Shown here in pieces: positions 49,461-49,701 of a stretch of DNA of 49,701 bases. Positions within the stretch are counted from its first letter, which is position 1. The number at the start of each line of letters is the position of its first letter. Source of the stretch: Octopus bimaculoides (taxonomy: Eukaryota); contig NC_068987.1 in the NCBI RefSeq assembly GCF_001194135.2, positions 102,319,771 through 102,369,471 of the forward strand, in the 5' to 3' direction. A model generated the notes under the pieces. That model ran no database searches and was not told where the DNA came from. It worked only from the letters and a program-made list of their open reading frames with translations. The translations under genes were made by a program, and so were the position numbers.

Positions 49461-49461
<1 letters not shown>
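48460..49461 (+). mobile_element. R4/Dong LINE copy E (zinc knuckle, endonuclease, 3' UTR)
   Basis: ORF 48550-49137: [39 protein letters not shown] (CCHC), WDF...RPDIIIKD...IDVNVP...KLIKY. Confidence 0.92.

Positions 49462-49533
<72 letters not shown>
49462..49533. repeat. (TAA)n tract between LINE copies E and F
   Basis: Direct reading. Confidence 0.95.
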
Positions 49534-49534
<1 letters not shown>

Positions 49535-49550
49535 CTAAATGCGAAATAAT

Positions 49551-49701
49551 AAACTAAATGCGAAAGAAATAGACAGAGAAAAATCCCAGCAATGGCTGAG
49601 AAGCTCAGGACTCAAAGCAGAGACTGAAGGATTTTTAATTGCTGCACAAGACCAAAGCCTCCCCACCAGAAATTACCAAAAACACATAATGAAAAGAAAT
49701 A
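49551..49701 (+). mobile_element. R4/Dong LINE copy F (5'-truncated, continues beyond the window)
   Basis: [48 protein letters not shown]. Confidence 0.9.

Overview
AT-rich eukaryotic non-coding DNA with 12 assembly gaps and many microsatellites. The SINE, LINE and microsatellite make-up resembles an Octopus/cephalopod genome (inference from recalled repeat families, not verified). I found no intact host protein-coding gene, rRNA, tRNA gene or CRISPR array; most ORF-track entries are microsatellite or N-gap artefacts. The window is mainly mobile-element debris: tRNA-derived SINEs, mariner/Tc1 relics and MITEs, several Penelope-like (RT + GIY-YIG) relics, one Ty3/Gypsy RT relic, and a 6 kb same-strand stack of R4/Dong-type LINE fragments, several joined by (TAA)n. 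The best signal is a 614-bp non-coding element at 1774-2387 with an apparent 8-bp target-site duplication. It holds two head-to-head 224-bp copies (6 mismatches) of a structured unit. Each copy begins with an intact-looking type I hammerhead ribozyme with a palindromic helix III, as in retrozymes. An older relative with the same head-to-head layout but eroded ribozyme cores lies at about 35991-36715, and further hammerhead relics are scattered through the window.
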